This document shows positions 7,941-10,369 of a stretch of DNA of 10,369 nt, in pieces (position 1 is the stretch's first letter; each line of letters begins with the position of its first letter). The notes under the pieces are model-generated. The model worked only from the letters and a program-made list of their open reading frames with translations, was not told the origin of the DNA and did not search any database. Position numbers and translations under genes: made by a program. The stretch covers positions 1-10,369 of the forward strand of contig JBHGNT010001280.1 in the NCBI GenBank assembly GCA_043228905.1, given 5' to 3'. This DNA is from Azolla caroliniana. Lineage: Eukaryota; Plantae; Polypodiophyta.

Positions 7941-10268
7941 ATGAAGGGGTTAGATCCCCAATACTATCAACACCAGATTCATCTTCAGCATGATGCACGA
8001 CCAGTACAGCAACGACACTACTGCATGAACCCCAATTACGCGGCCAAAGTAAAGGACGAAATCTACAAACTCCTTCGGGTAGGGTTCATTCAGCCAGTTA
8101 AACGGGGAACATGGTTAAGCCCTATTGTTGTCGTCACAAAGAAAAATGGTCAAATACGGGTATGTGTTGATTACCGCAAGCTGAATGCAGCAACCATCAT
8201 GAATGCCTTTCCTCTCTTGTTCACAGATGGGGTGCTTGATGCGGTGGCCGGCCATGAATGCTATAGTTTTTTAGATGGGTTCAACGGGTATAATCAGATC
8301 CACATGCACCTTGATGACCAAGAAAAGACAACATTTGTAACCGAATGGGGCGTTTTCGTGGCAGTAGTCATGATGTTCAAATTAAAGACGACACCGGCCA
8401 CCTTCCAATGAATCATCGCCGAAATTTTTGACGATTACATTCTGGCCTTTATGCAAGTCTTTCTCGATGATTTTGCCGTGTACGACCAGTAGATTAAGCA
8501 CCTCGGGTACTTACGCCTTTGTCTTGAGTGATGCCAGCAAGCTCGGCTAAGCTTAAACCCCACCAAATGTGTATTTTACGTGTCGAGCGGCACTCTACTC
8601 AGACACATTGTCAACCGCGACGGAGGTGCTATGGACCCCAACAAAGTACAGGCCATCTTGAATGCTCCAGCCCCAGACCACATCAAAAGCCCTCAGTTAG
8701 TTTCTAGGCCAAATTAGGTGGCACATTCGAATGTTGCATTACCTTGCCGAATTCGCCACACCCTTGCACGCAGCGGTCCATCGGGTTCCATTTCGATGGT
8801 CATCAACGCAAGAAGACGCTTACCGATCCCTTGAGGTAATGCTATCACACGCACCAGTGGTGCAACCTCCCGATTGGTCACAACCCTTCCACGTCTTTGT
8901 GGATGCGTCCGACGTGGCCATCGGGAGTGCCCTCATGGAAAAGATGCCTCCAAATTGGTATCGATCAACATACTATGCTAGCCGACGTCTCTCAACAACC
9001 GAGAAGAATTATTCGACAACGGAACATGAGGCACTAGGCATGGTATACAATATCACAAAATTTCGGCACTATCTGCTCGATAGAAAATTTACGTTCCATG
9101 TGAATCACTCGGCGTTACTATACCTCATCAACAAGCTGACACTAACTGGCCGATTGGAATGGTGTATGTTACTCCTCCAGGAATTTGAATTCGACATACA
9201 CCAATGGCCAGGCGTGCAGCATATGGTAGCAGACTACCTAGGTCGGCTCGAATCGGGGGAACCAACGGAAACGGTTTATGATGATTTGCCCGACGCCAAC
9301 CTCTTCGGCATTGTTGCGGCCATACCACATACCGAAAGCGAGGATGAATGGATAAATGACATGATGTAGTTCCTCAGCATCGGACTTCCACCCGACCACC
9401 TGACCTTAGATGCCAAGAAACGATTGGTAGTCCACAACCGAAATTTTTGCCTGTTAGCGGAAATAGTCTACCACAAGGGCTCGGACGGCATCCGACGCCG
9501 CGTAGTGCAACAATTTGAAAAAGATGCGATCCTACGGGAAGCACATTATGGAATCACCGGCGGCAACAATGCCAGAGATGCCACGACACAAAAAAATTGG
9601 CAAAGTGGGTTATGGTGGCCCACAACGAAAAAGGATGCCCACGAATTCTATAGACAATGCGATTTATGTCAACGAATGGGCCAACCCTCCAAGTAACCTG
9701 TATGCCTCACCAACCGATTCTCCCATTAGAACCTTTCCAGAAGTGGGGATTGGATTTCGTTGGTCCATTCAAACTGGTCACGTCTCAAACCGGCAATAAA
9801 TACATCATCGTGGCCACCAATTATTGCACAAAATGGGTCGAAGCAAAGGCACTGCGCGACAACACAGTCATGTCTACCACCAAGTTCATTTATGAATATC
9901 TATGGTTTCAATTTGCCTATCCAATCGAGCTCATTAGTGACCAAGGAGGTCACTTTCTCAATCGACCTATTTGAGAACTCACCACACACTATGCAGTAGT
10001 ACATAAGAAAAGCACGCCATACTATCCATAGGCAAACGTCCTAGCCGAGTCAACAAATAAGACACTACAAACCATCCTCAAGAAGATCGTGAATGAAAAC
10101 CGAACCGATTGGAACGACAAGCTCCATAGTGCACTCTGGGCCTACCAGACGGCGTTCAAAACAAGTATCAGATCCACTCCTTTTCGTCTGGCTTTCGGGT
10201 GGGAAGTTGTCATGCCAATAGATTTCCAGGTGCCGAGTTTACGAGTCCAAATTACCGAACGATTGCCC
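7941..10268 (+). pseudogene. Ty3/gypsy pol remnant (RT-RNase H-integrase), non-chromovirus-like
   Basis: RT: WLSPIVVVTKKNG.IRVCVDYRKLN, SFLDGFNGYNQI, VFLDDF (FLDD at 8460-8471). RNase H: FHVFVDASD.AIG, YYASR.L...EKNYSTTE.EAL, WCMLLLQEF. Integrase: EAH...GLWWP...CDLCQ, PFQKWGLDFVGP, ISDQG, PYYP*AN.LAESTN, ALWAY.T. Domain order RT-RH-INT is gypsy. Several stops and frameshifts. Confidence 0.96.
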
Positions 10269-10369
10269 AATCCCTTTGTTGGTCAGCAGCACGGTCGCGA
10301 CCAACCCGAGGTGGGTGAAACGGAGGATTTCGGGGGCCCATCACCTCAATTCCGGTAATTACTCTACCT

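Noticed and set aside
7696-7998. 100-aa minus-strand ORF spanning the gypsy/copia junction as a chimeric gene
   Set aside because: Antisense to gypsy RT and out of frame with copia RT, most likely incidental.
1-10369. Novel functional RT-based or defence system
   Set aside because: All RT, RNase H, integrase and transposase sequences belong to known plant TE superfamilies and are disrupted. No intact accessory gene or structured RNA could be supported.

Overview
Plant-type (probably non-seed-plant, inferred) heterochromatic transposon nest with no intact host gene and no prokaryote-type system. Left: an internally deleted hAT DNA transposon (103-2002) with 12-bp TIRs and a perfect 8-bp TSD ATTATAAT, whose transposase remnant is split by a solo LTR (483-1096). 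Centre: a Tnt1-like Ty1/copia element B (LTR, PBS, gag-PR-pre-integrase, about 2286-4650) is interrupted by a second copia element C (LTR 4651-4965, PBS, gag). C is interrupted by a minus-strand copia element A' (3' LTR 5957-6522, PPT, RT-RNase H), whose LTR is related to the 483-1096 solo LTR. A' is itself split by solo LTR D (6818-7291, perfect TSD AACTC). Right: a decayed non-chromovirus-like Ty3/gypsy pol (RT-RNase H-integrase, about 7941-10268) abuts the copia RT with no LTR between them. All recognisable coding regions are pseudogenised. I found no evidence of a new functional system. The points of interest are the reconstructable insertion history, the hAT end structure, the decay signatures and one unexplained leader ORF.
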